This document shows, piece by piece, positions 9,283 to 19,686 of a DNA stretch of 64,000 bases. The stretch spans positions 32,001 to 96,000 of the forward strand of contig CAWJQQ010000002.1 in the NCBI GenBank assembly GCA_963845065.1, in the 5' to 3' direction. The stretch comes from Nitrospirota bacterium. Lineage in GTDB: Bacteria; Nitrospirota; UBA9217. A program made the position numbers and the translations under genes. Every line of letters starts with the position of its first letter. Position 1 is the stretch's first letter. Under the pieces are notes generated by a model. It was given only the letters and a program-made list of their open reading frames with translations. It did not search any database and had not been told where the DNA came from.

Positions 9283-9513
9283 GTGAGCAAGAATGAATAA
9301 GCCGTAGCCAAAATGCGCGAGAATCAAGCCGGCTGGAGAGTAGAAGATCTTCAGGCGATTGCTCGCAGATACGGGATAGACTGGCGGCATGACGGCGGAA
9401 GCTATTGCGTATTCATCACGAAGTCCGGCAGAACGCTTCCAGTTCCCGCAAAAAAGCCGATCAAGCCGGTCTATATCAAAAAGTTCTTGCTGCTCCTGGA
9501 GGAAAAGGCATGA
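9283..9513 (+). pseudogene. hicA: HicA-like toxin with a nonsense codon at position 6
   Basis: GTG-S-K-N-E-TAA(9298-9300)-A-V-A-K-M-R-E-N.. continues in frame to LPVPAKKPIKPVYIK; a 66-aa restart at ATG 9313 is possible. Confidence 0.6.
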
Positions 9514-9863
9514 AAAAGAAATTATCATATCCTATCGAAGTCAGGCCGCTCTCCGCTGAAGAGGGGGGCGGGTATTTGGTCAGTTTCCCCGATTTCAATG
9601 AGTGCATCGCCGATGGTGAAACCATAGAAGAGGCCATTGCTGAAGGTGAAAAGGCGCTTAAAGCCGTAATCGCCACACTCAAAAAAAAGGGCTTGCCGAT
9701 ACCGCAACCGGGAAGCTACGGGGCCTATTCCGGAAAATTTGTTCAGCGCCTTCCCAAGAGTCTCCATGCTCGTCTACAAGCGCAAGCACGGCGTGAAGGG
9801 GTCAGCATCAACACGCTTGCCATTTCCTATATTGCGGAAGGGCTGGGGCGGAAAGTGGCATAA
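9510..9863 (+). CDS. hicB: HicB family antitoxin
   Basis: EEGGGYLVSFPDF..ADGETIEEA plus C-terminal RHH (YSGKFVQRLPKSLH); ATGA overlap with the toxin stop. Confidence 0.9.
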   Translation: MKKKLSYPIEVRPLSAEEGGGYLVSFPDFNECIADGETIEEAIAEGEKALKAVIATLKKKGLPIPQPGSYGAYSGKFVQRLPKSLHARLQAQARREGVSINTLAISYIAEGLGRKVA

Positions 9864-9878
9864 ATTATCCGGCGATTT

Positions 9879-10700
9879 CTGACCTACCCCATGTCTAAAG
9901 ACAGGGGGTTCTAACGGCAATACCGACAGGCTTTTCGGCAACAATACAGAGGTTGCCGGCATCGACTATCGTTGATCCGTTTTTAACGGGCAAGCAACTC
10001 TGTCTCCGGTTCGTGGTGTTGGCTCTCATGTTGTTAATACCGAAGCTGGCCGGATGAATCCGACCATTTGCCGCTTCAAACTGCACCCTCAACACCGCCC
10101 GTTCGAGGAGCAGGTTTGCACCCGGCCAAGCTGCTGCGGCTTGACGCGTGCCGAGGACATTTTCAAAAACATATTTTGCAAGATATGCGGAGTAGAGATC
10201 GCGTTGAGTGTTTACCCCGCAGTTGCAGTCATGCCACCGTTGGGATAGCGGTTTTTTGGCTACTTCCCCGCAGTGGCATGTCTCTGAAAGCTTCGTGCTC
10301 CGGGTAGAAAATTCAGTTACTTTACCGCCAGCGTTTTCGGCTTTGCAGCGAAGCATCGAAATAAACATCCCCGGAGCGCGTCTTGAAATACTTTTACCAT
10401 AGAGTTTCTGAAATGCTTTGTAAGACAATTTCTCGGTCTTTATGTTGGTTCCGAGTTTAAGAATTTCATTGGCTAACGTGCCATGAGCTCGTTTTCTGGT
10501 TTCAGCCAAAACTCGCTGTAGCTCGGCTAGTTCAGCCTTAAGCGCACGGTATTTAGCAGAGAATATCCACCGCTTTTTACCCTTGCCGGCACCAGTCTTA
10601 GTCGTGCCGTCTTCGTTGTAGTTGTCCGGGTTGGCAGCCCTCAGGCTTCTGGCCATCTTACGCTGAACCACGCGGATTTGTTTGTACGGAATCTCGACAG
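9879..10700 (-). mobile_element. tnpB: 5'-truncated IS200/IS605 tnpB element (3' half of tnpB plus right end)
   Basis: Translation similar to the C-terminal half of 37154-38689 (TEKLSYKAFQK, CHC/CNC, QRDLYSA); right-end hairpin ending GGTCAG at 9879; no RuvC-I, no left end. Confidence 0.85.
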
Positions 10701-10812
10701 AACACTCACGCATGAAAACTAACAAAACGTTTGATAATTGTTCTCTTCTTTTTGTATACTCGGTATCCTTTCTTTACGGTCATACACCCATCTTGAAGCA
10801 CTAAGTAGTCAC

Positions 10813-11595
10813 CTAAAGATGGACTGGCATTTGATCAACGGCCAATACTGTCCCTGATTCAATTTCAATAAGACGAGTATTTATTACGTCTTTATATGAA
10901 TTATATCGACCTCGAACACGGGCATAAGAAATATCCAATATATGAGTTGCTCCCGTCATTTCTCCAATTTTCATTCTTAATTTATCGGAAATAAAGCCTA
11001 CTTGGTTAAACTGAAATTCATACAAAATCTGTATTAATTGCATGCGGTCAACTATAGAGAAATTATTATTATTTCCAAAAGCAGATAGGTAGAAACCCTC
11101 TTGCTGGGACTGCAAAACATTTCTGATCGAATCTGCCCATTCTGCCGACGCATTCGGGAATGTATTTTTAACCTCACCAATAACTATTGCTAAAGACACT
11201 TTATTGTTTTTTGCTAAAATCTTTATTATAGATATTCCTGCCTGTCGTACTTTGACAACTTTTGGCTCAACATCAAAATTGATTTGTTTTCCATTACGAT
11301 TGATTACCAATAGTACATGATCGCCACGGAGCTCATTGTTTATCAGAGATATAATTTCTATATCATTTTTGTATTTTTTCCCATCAATGGAAACAACAAT
11401 ATCTCCACGTTTTATACCTGCACGTTCTGCAGGGAAGCCCTTCATTACTTCTTTAACAACCATATTATTATTTATATTTTCTGACCGCAAACCGATTCTT
11501 ATAACCTCAACATCATTCGTCTCCGGATGTGTTTGTACCCCAGCACAACCAACAAGCAGGCCCATATACAAAATAAGGATTGATATTTTTCGCAT
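10813..11595 (-). CDS. PDZ-domain lipoprotein with a CsgG-like C-terminal domain
   Basis: Lipobox LVGC; PAERAGIKRGDIVVSIDG (PDZ); FSIVDR..IGEMTGATHI..RLIEIESG. AT-rich. Confidence 0.7.
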   Translation of the reverse strand: MRKISILILYMGLLVGCAGVQTHPETNDVEVIRIGLRSENINNNMVVKEVMKGFPAERAGIKRGDIVVSIDGKKYKNDIEIISLINNELRGDHVLLVINRNGKQINFDVEPKVVKVRQAGISIIKILAKNNKVSLAIVIGEVKNTFPNASAEWADSIRNVLQSQQEGFYLSAFGNNNNFSIVDRMQLIQILYEFQFNQVGFISDKLRMKIGEMTGATHILDISYARVRGRYNSYKDVINTRLIEIESGTVLAVDQMPVHL

Positions 11596-12183
11596 AATTA
11601 AGTTTTTGTTTTCCTAAGAGAGCATTTTATGCTTTCTATAAAAATCCGTCAAGGAGGGCCCATCTGCTCCATGAGGGAACAAAATCAGCAAGGCCAGGCA
11701 TGATTGCCTGACCTTGCAATTACCAAATGTTCCACAAAAAATGATCCAGCCAAAAGTAGAAAGTTCTTGCTTGTAAGATACAACCTGTTTATTACGCCGT
11801 TTTCAAAAAAAAAGCATTCCACACTAGGTGAAACGGATATGCATATAATATTAGAGACGGCGTAGAATTCATCTCGTATCATTGCATTTAGTGACAAGGT
11901 TTTCTGTCAACAGCGACATCCTGGAGCAGTGGAGTTAGCATTATTAGCAACGGTCAATACTTCGTTCCGAATTTATCAAGTATGCAAACTCAAAAATAAC
12001 CAAGTCTGTTACGGTTGCGGTACTTTAAGACGGATATCCGGATTCTGCGGTTGATAACCTGAAAATCCGGATGTGATCTATATCTATATTGCTGGTTGAT
12101 TTCCTAATCACCATGCCTTGACAAATTGCATGCACTGGAGTAGTATTGTCTTACAAATATCTTACTTAGTCTGGAGGCCAATT

Positions 12184-12435
12184 ATGCTGACGACAACGCT
12201 TTCAAGTAAAGGCCAGGTCATCATCCCAAAGGAAATCCGAAACCGGCATCACTGGGAGCCTGGACAGAAATTGCAGGCTATTGAGACGAATGACGGCATC
12301 CTCCTTAGGCTGATGTCCCCTTTCCCTGAGACCGCGTTAAAAGATGTGGCTTCGTGCCTTGCCTATGCAGGCAAGGCTAAAACCATTGAGGAAATGGAAG
12401 CAGCCATCAAAAAAGGGGCTAGGGAGCATAAATAA
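12184..12435 (+). CDS. vapB: AbrB/MazE/VapB-type antitoxin
   Basis: TTLSSKGQVIIPKEIR; promoter TTGACA-17-TAGTAT at 12118-12146. Confidence 0.85.
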   Translation: MLTTTLSSKGQVIIPKEIRNRHHWEPGQKLQAIETNDGILLRLMSPFPETALKDVASCLAYAGKAKTIEEMEAAIKKGAREHK

Positions 12436-12824
12436 TGATCAGCGTTGATACCAACATCATTGTCCGTTTATTGACCGGCGATGATCATGATCAAGCCTGG
12501 AAAGCCCATATATTATTCAAGAAATCCGAAGTGTTTATTACCGAAACGGTTATCTTGGAATCTGAATGGGTCCTACGATATGCTTATGGTTTCGGAGTCG
12601 TTGAGATACATGCTGCCCTTTCTAAATTGTTCGGTCTACCTAATATTATCCTTCCGAATCCTCACCGAATCCAAGAGGCGCTTGTGTGGTACTCTGACGG
12701 ACTGGATTTTGCCGATGCCCTTCATCTGGCCTCCAGCCAACCATGTAAATCCTTCTTTACCTTCGACCACAAATTCGTTCGTGAAGCTCAAGGGCTCAGC
12801 AAATGTACTGTGAAAGAGCCATAG
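12435..12824 (+). CDS. vapC: PIN-domain VapC toxin
   Basis: VDTNIIVR..E.EWVL..DFADALH..TFD; TAATG coupling to the antitoxin. Confidence 0.9.
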   Translation: MISVDTNIIVRLLTGDDHDQAWKAHILFKKSEVFITETVILESEWVLRYAYGFGVVEIHAALSKLFGLPNIILPNPHRIQEALVWYSDGLDFADALHLASSQPCKSFFTFDHKFVREAQGLSKCTVKEP

Positions 12825-13169
12825 CAATTTTGTAGCTGTTTGCCCTCGATCGAGCAGGGCAAATTGTAGACGAAATCAACCGCAAAATCCGGATTGTAAA
12901 ACTATTGTACAGTTTAGAAAAGTTGCAAAATCAACCGCAGAATCCGGATACCCTTTAAAACACCGAAACTTCACATGCATTCCTATTGATTAAATCTGCT
13001 AATTATTGTTATTTTATGAAATATCCCCAAAATACCCCCCTTCACAACTTGTCTTTTAGTGCTATAGTATTGGTAATATATGCGTGCGAATACCTGCCTT
13101 AGTTTCGTAAAACAATAGATATCAGAGTATGCACATAACTTGCTTACTATTTTTCTTTGATAAATAGTT

Positions 13170-13252
13170 TGTCACGATAAAGCCAAACCCTTTGCGAGAG
13201 GGGGACGGAAAGCCATGGGTCTTAAAAGAACAGGCGGCCGAGTGGCAGAAGG
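13170..13252 (+). promoter_or_regulatory. c-di-GMP-I (GEMM-I) riboswitch-like element
   Basis: GCCAAACC-CTTT-GCGA-GAGG-GGGACGGAAAGCC..GGGTC..GCCGAGTGGCAGAA matches the GEMM-I core; lies in the leader of the 13391 gene. Confidence 0.75.
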
Positions 13253-13390
13253 ACTAGTTCATTCTGTGTGTTCGCATAATTATTTTAGGCAGTGATGTAC
13301 TAACATGACCTGTTAAAGTTCGTGTAGTTCGTTAGCTGGTGTGCGAATGCTCATACGGCATTGGTGGATCTTGCTAAAAAGGGAGAATCT

Positions 13391-16009
13391 ATGAAAAATG
13401 TCGGATTATGGATAACAGCTATAACGACCTGCGTAATGACGATTTTTGTTCTGTCTGCATGCAGCGGCGGCGGTACAAACCCACTTCCCACACAGACATT
13501 CACCGTGACCTATAGCGGCAACGGTAGCACCGGCGGCGGCGTCCCGACCGATACTAACACTTACACTCAGGGGGCTACCGTCACGGTGTTCGGGAATACA
13601 ACCAACCTTGTTAAAACCGGAAATTCCTTCGCCGGCTGGAACACTGCGGCTAACGGATCCGGCGAGACTTACACTCCAGGGGCGACCTTCACGATGGGTT
13701 CGGCGAATGTCACCCTGTACGCGATGTGGACTTTAACCTCAAGCTTCGCGTATACCGTGACCTATAACGGCAACGGGAATACCAGTGGCAGCGTCCCTGT
13801 TGATCCTAACACTTACACTCAGGGGGCTACCGTCACGGTGCTCGGGAATACGGGCAACCTCGTAAATACCGGATATACCTTCGTGGGTTGGAATACGCAG
13901 GCTAACGGATCCGGAACCACCTATACGCAGGGGCAGACCTTTGCGATGGCTGCGGCAAGTGTCACGCTGTACGCGATGTGGACCACTAGCCCCACGTATA
14001 CCGTAACCTATAACGGCAACGGCAATACCGGTGGCAGCGTCCCGATTGACACGACCAACTATGTGCAGGGACAAACGGTAGCGGTATTCGGGAATACCGG
14101 CAACCTTGTAAATACCGGGTATTCCTTCTCGAGCTGGAACACGGCGGCTAACGGAACCGGAACATCCTATACGCCGGGGCAGACCTTCCCGATGGGTTTC
14201 GCAAATGTCACCCTGTATGCAATGTGGACGGTAACGATAGCACGTGAAATTTATGTGGCCAATAATTCGATTGATACGGTTTCCGTATTTAATTCATCCT
14301 TAGGCGGTAATGTGAGTCCACTAAGACAATTCGGCTGCCTTACGGGCATGAAGCTCCCAATTGGCGTTGCCGTGGACACGGTAAATAACGAAATCTTTGT
14401 GGCTAACGCCGAGAACAACTCAATCACGGTATATGGTATAACGGCCACCGGCAATATCGCACCGGTAAGTACCATCACCGGAACAAACACAGGCTTGCGC
14501 AGCCCAGGCGGCATCGCTGTGGACACGGTAAATAGCGAAATCTTTGTGGCTAATTTCGGGAACGACTCAATCACGGTATATAGCACGACAGCCACCGGAA
14601 ATGTCGCACCGGTAAGTACCATCACTGGAACAAACACTAGATTGAGCGGACCAGTCGGTTTAGCCGTAGACACGGTAAATAACCAGATCTTTGTGGCTAA
14701 CGATATCAGCTCCATTACAGTATATGGAATTACAGACACAGGCAATGTTGCACCGGTGAGAAATATCTCCGGCGCAAGCACTGGTTTGAGCAGCTCATAC
14801 GGCATTGCCGTGGACACGGTAAATAACCAGATCTTTGTGACTAACTTCGGGAACAACTCGGTCACGGTATATGGGCGTGCAGACACAGGCAATGTCACAC
14901 CAGTAAGTACGATTACCGGTACAAACACAGGCTTGAGCTACCCATACGGCATTGCTGTGGACACGGGAACTAATCAGATTTTTGTGGCTAACTCTTCGAC
15001 TGGGAGCAACTCCTCAATCACGGTATATGGGAGGACAGCTAGCGGCAATGTCACACCGGTAAGTACCATCACAGGCACGAGCACAGCCTTACGCGGCCCA
15101 TCCCTCATTGCTTTGGATACGATAAATGGTCAAATTTTTGTGGCGAACCAAACGAACAACTCAGTCACGACATATAGGATTACAGACGCAGGCAATGTCA
15201 CACCGGTAAGTAATATCTCCGACCTAAGCACCGGCTTGGGTAGCCCAACCGGCATAGCCGTGGACACGGTACATAGCCAGATCTTTGTGGCTAACTTAGG
15301 GTACGGGTCCAACTCAGTTACGGTATATGGTAGTACAGACACAGGCAATGTCACACCGGTAAGTACCATCACCGGCACAAGCACTGGCTTGATTAGCCCA
15401 TGGGGCATTGCCGTGGACACGGTTAATAACCAGATCTTTGTGGCCAACGCCGGGAGCAACTCAATCACGGCATATGAAAGTACAGTCAGCGGCAATGTCA
15501 TACCGGTAAGTACCATCACCGGCACAAGTACTGGCTTGAGTTTACCATACGGCATAGCCGTGGACGCGGTACATAACGAGATCTTTGTGACTAATCAGGG
15601 AAACAATTCAATCACGGTATATGGCAGGACAGCGACCGGCAATTCCACACCGGTAAGTACTATCACCGGCACAAACACAGGCTTGGGTGCCCCATCCGGC
15701 ATTGCCGTGGACACGGTACATAACCAGATCTTTGTGGCCAACATCGGGAACAACTCAATCACGGCATATGAAAGTACAGTCAGCGGCAATGTCATACCGG
15801 TAAGTACTATCACCGGCACAAACACAGGCTTGGATGGCCCAACCGGCATTGCCGTGGACACGGTAAATAACCTGATCTTTGTAGCTAACTTTTTGAACAA
15901 CTCAATCACGTCATATGGGAGTACAGCCAGTGGCAATGTCACACCAGTTAGTACCATCACAGGTATAAGCACAGGCTTGAGCAAGCCATGGGGTATTGCG
16001 CTGCAGTGA
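13391..16009 (+). CDS. Large surface lipoprotein: 3 InlB B-type (Listeria-Bacteroides) repeats plus 12 NHL-like beta-propeller blades
   Basis: Lipobox LSAC; 3x TVTY.GNG..WNT.ANG.G..TLYAMW; 12x (GIAVD)..IFVAN..SITVY..GNV.PV. Confidence 0.85.
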   Translation: MKNVGLWITAITTCVMTIFVLSACSGGGTNPLPTQTFTVTYSGNGSTGGGVPTDTNTYTQGATVTVFGNTTNLVKTGNSFAGWNTAANGSGETYTPGATFTMGSANVTLYAMWTLTSSFAYTVTYNGNGNTSGSVPVDPNTYTQGATVTVLGNTGNLVNTGYTFVGWNTQANGSGTTYTQGQTFAMAAASVTLYAMWTTSPTYTVTYNGNGNTGGSVPIDTTNYVQGQTVAVFGNTGNLVNTGYSFSSWNTAANGTGTSYTPGQTFPMGFANVTLYAMWTVTIAREIYVANNSIDTVSVFNSSLGGNVSPLRQFGCLTGMKLPIGVAVDTVNNEIFVANAENNSITVYGITATGNIAPVSTITGTNTGLRSPGGIAVDTVNSEIFVANFGNDSITVYSTTATGNVAPVSTITGTNTRLSGPVGLAVDTVNNQIFVANDISSITVYGITDTGNVAPVRNISGASTGLSSSYGIAVDTVNNQIFVTNFGNNSVTVYGRADTGNVTPVSTITGTNTGLSYPYGIAVDTGTNQIFVANSSTGSNSSITVYGRTASGNVTPVSTITGTSTALRGPSLIALDTINGQIFVANQTNNSVTTYRITDAGNVTPVSNISDLSTGLGSPTGIAVDTVHSQIFVANLGYGSNSVTVYGSTDTGNVTPVSTITGTSTGLISPWGIAVDTVNNQIFVANAGSNSITAYESTVSGNVIPVSTITGTSTGLSLPYGIAVDAVHNEIFVTNQGNNSITVYGRTATGNSTPVSTITGTNTGLGAPSGIAVDTVHNQIFVANIGNNSITAYESTVSGNVIPVSTITGTNTGLDGPTGIAVDTVNNLIFVANFLNNSITSYGSTASGNVTPVSTITGISTGLSKPWGIALQ

Positions 16010-16576
16010 AGTTTGGTAAGATGGCAGCTATGTTGCCCGACATCTTTTTATACTTTTTTTTGAGCAAGGTGACGCAGGCTGCTTTGGCAGTGTAAGTTAC
16101 ATGTAGTAATCTTTGCCCTTGTCACAATTTTGGCGGTGCAGACTTGTAGGTGATATCTTTACTCGCGCGGGCAAGATACTATCTTTCAGCGTAAAGAGTG
16201 TACTGCCTGGCGATAAGTACGATGCGGGAACTTGCCGGATGAAAGAATTATTAGTATCATTTCTCCAGAAGCTGAGACCAATGCCAGAATGGTAAAATGA
16301 AGAATCTGAATAAATCGGAAACTTATTATTTGTAGAAATCGACATCTGTCCTCGTTGCCGTCTTCCCTCTCCAATATTAATAATATGTCGCTTCAGGGTT
16401 AAGTGTGGGAACCCCTAATATATTGATATAGGCAGTTTTCGCGCTCAAAGGATAACTGCCCGATAATGCGAGGCTTTCCACCTTAACTGCTAGAATTTAT
16501 GCTTTTCCCCAACGCTGCTTTTTGGTGCTTCCCACACTCGTTCCAGAAGGACCAATAATATATTTACAATGTAATT

Positions 16577-16794
16577 ATGGCGCATTTGACATTCAACTGG
16601 GACAGAGGGAAAAGTGCGTCAAATCAAGAGAAGCACGGCGTATCCTTCGAGGAGGCGCAGACCGTTTTTCGTGACGAGAATGCATAGATCATACATGATC
16701 CAGATCATTCCGATGATGAGGATCGATTCATCCTTCTTGGATTAAGTGTCAAGTTCAGAGCATTGGTTGTATGCCACTGTTATCGAAAGAAATG
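16577..16794 (+). pseudogene. brnT: BrnT (DUF497) toxin pseudogene
   Basis: FNWDRGKSASNQEKHGVSFEEAQTVF..TAG(16685)..DPDHSDDEDRFILLG; 3' end lost at the tnpB remnant. Confidence 0.75.
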
Positions 16795-17293
16795 AACGTC
16801 ACTGTTGACAGAGCGGCTTTTCGACTGAAACCAGGGGGGTTGGCTTTCCTATCGCCTTTCTTACGGAGCGCAAGCCATGATTGATAGGACTGCCGAAGCT
16901 CTTCCAGGATTGCCTGAGAGCTCTGGGAGTGCAGCCGGCTATACCAGAGCGGACGCTCTTGTTTAAGAGCGATATCGAGCTCGGGGTAGGTAGGGATTTT
17001 CCCTGTGTCCGCCCAGACTTTTCTGGTATGTCACACAGCGGTGTTCCAAAGCTTCGTTGCGGAAAAACCAAGTAGCCCGAGCGACAGAGCTGTGCTGTCG
17101 TCCGTTACCAATGCTTTACCAACGACAGTCATGGTTTGTACAGAGGAATCTTGGGCTGAATCAGACATGAAAGCAGTTATATCAGGCAGGTGAACTTTTG
17201 TCAATGTCTGATCAGGAACAGCAATTCCTTGTGTGCTTCGCTACAAGCGCCTTATATCCCCGTCCTCACGGCCGAGTTCTTACGGTGCGCAAG
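16795..17293 (-). mobile_element. tnpB: Left end plus 5' pseudogene of a second, distinct tnpB element
   Basis: From ATG 17168: ..LGFSATKLWNTAV*HTRKVWADTGKIPTY..LHSQSSQAILEELRQSYQSWLALRKKGD..; promoter TTGACA-17-TATAAC (17204-17176); left-end hairpin preceded by TTAT. Confidence 0.7.
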
Positions 17294-17326
17294 ATAAATG
17301 ACTACCGTCCTGCCTGGCTCCTCCCA

Positions 17327-17965
17327 TTATCTATGTTCTGGCTCCTCCCTATGTTGCCTTTGCTCAGGACGCTGACCGCGACCTTGTCCCTGTCTCCGTT
17401 GCATCTCCTGTCGATGCCGCTGAACCTCAGGCCTCTGCTGATATTGCCGTTGCCTTTCATTTCTTAGTTGTTGTCTCTGCTGTTGTGGTCGAGGTTGATA
17501 GCCCTGGACACCCCAGCTTCCTCGCCTTTCCCAATATCGATTAGTATGCCAGCCCTGCCAGTTCTGCTGAAGACGTTGGTTCGTTATCCTTTCATAGTTC
17601 CATGGCCGTCCGTGCCAATTATGGTCTCTATAGTATCCTCTCCAACCCGGGTCTACATCGAAATAGAAATTTGGGACCCTATTATAAAAAGCCCAACCCC
17701 GGTCATAGAAACGTGAACGATACCAACGGCCTTCCCAGGGACGCCACCACCAGCCATTCCAGAAAAATAGATCTGCACTTATGTTAGGAGCGACGTACAC
17801 ATCGTTCGTATCAGGCATCGCTATTACATCCGGTGGCCCAGGATATACGATGGGTGGCGGAGGAGGAAAACCGATACCTATATCTACATTTACCTGTGCC
17901 ATTGCGGGAATAGGAACGACTGTTGCCAACGCCAGTAAGATTGTCCACAAAAACAACTTTTTCAT
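17327..17965 (-). CDS. Exported Trp/Arg-rich hypothetical protein (YXWGXW-like)
   Basis: RBS AAGGAG; signal peptide MKKLFLW..AMA; Pro-rich segment, WWWRPWEGRWY, Gln/Arg-rich tail. Confidence 0.7.
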   Translation of the reverse strand: MKKLFLWTILLALATVVPIPAMAQVNVDIGIGFPPPPPIVYPGPPDVIAMPDTNDVYVAPNISADLFFWNGWWWRPWEGRWYRSRFYDRGWAFYNRVPNFYFDVDPGWRGYYRDHNWHGRPWNYERITNQRLQQNWQGWHTNRYWERRGSWGVQGYQPRPQQQRQQLRNERQRQYQQRPEVQRHRQEMQRRQGQGRGQRPEQRQHREEPEHR

Positions 17966-18267
17966 TCTTTTACTCCTTCTTTGAAATTCATCAGGAATTA
18001 CACGGGTCTCGCCTTCTTCGATGGCTATGCGGATACCTTTTTTTATTTTGAATTTTTTTCTTTGTTCCACAGGAATGATCACTTGCCCCATGTAATAGTC
18101 TCTAATAGGGTCATATATCCTATCTTTGTCCTTTTTACAACATTATAGCACTTATACCTGCTGTTCATGATGAATTACTCACATCTTTTACGAGAGCGTT
18201 CTACAGTTAGTATCTACGCCAACGGATCTAAAATTCAAATTGAAATGTGATATTATTTCGATTCATA

Positions 18268-18404
18268 GTGAATTACCCCGCAGCAGAGCTGCGGGGCATC
18301 AAAACCGATAGAACCTAAATCCAATCAGATTCTTATCCTGACTTCGTCAGGATTGTCCTTTTTATCCCAGCAGTAAAACTGCTGGGTATTCAAGGACAGG
18401 TTTT
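18268..18404. mobile_element. PATE-like miniature IS200/IS605 derivative
   Basis: GTGAATTA-CCCCGCAGC/GCTGCGGGG hairpin at one end and CCCAGCAGT/ACTGCTGGG hairpin followed by ATAA at the other; no ORF. Confidence 0.55.
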
Positions 18405-18586
18405 ATAAATCGAGAACTACATCCTACTTTTGGTGTTATTATCTTTGGCAACAATCAATACTTCATCTCGAATTTATTAACGCATACCCTACAAATACCC
18501 CGTCGGAATTGTTGACACAGCCGTGAATCAGGCATATATTCGTGACATAATGTAACAATAAGAAGTATGAACATTTTTCTTACTAA

Positions 18587-19550
<964 letters not shown>

Positions 19551-19686
19551 TGTTAGATAAAGAATACTGGCTGCGTGTTATCTGGATTGATGGACATCGC
19601 TTTCAATGCGAAAGACGGCTAACATCTGTTTCAACCTGTTACGATCACAAGATCACAGTGATGTTGAGTCGAAAAGGAGATAAACC

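Larger units (their letters stand above)
12032..12953. mobile_element. Non-autonomous TIR element carrying vapBC
   Basis: 24-bp TIR with 1 mismatch (GGATATCCGGATTCTGCGGTTGAT / ATCAACCGCAGAATCCGGATACCC); flanks TTTAAGAC and TTTAAAAC; no transposase inside. Confidence 0.7.

Noticed and set aside
14300..16000. ~147-bp periodic repeats as a CRISPR array or DGR
   Set aside because: They are in-frame coding propeller blades; no reverse transcriptase gene is present in the window.
17031..17033. In-frame TGA in the tnpB fragment as selenocysteine
   Set aside because: Not a Cys position, and the gene is also frameshifted and truncated; ordinary decay.
17966..18091. AbrB domain fused to the exported Trp-rich protein
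   Set aside because: The downstream gene has its own RBS and signal peptide at 17965; the AbrB-like piece is an adjacent relic that happens to be in frame.
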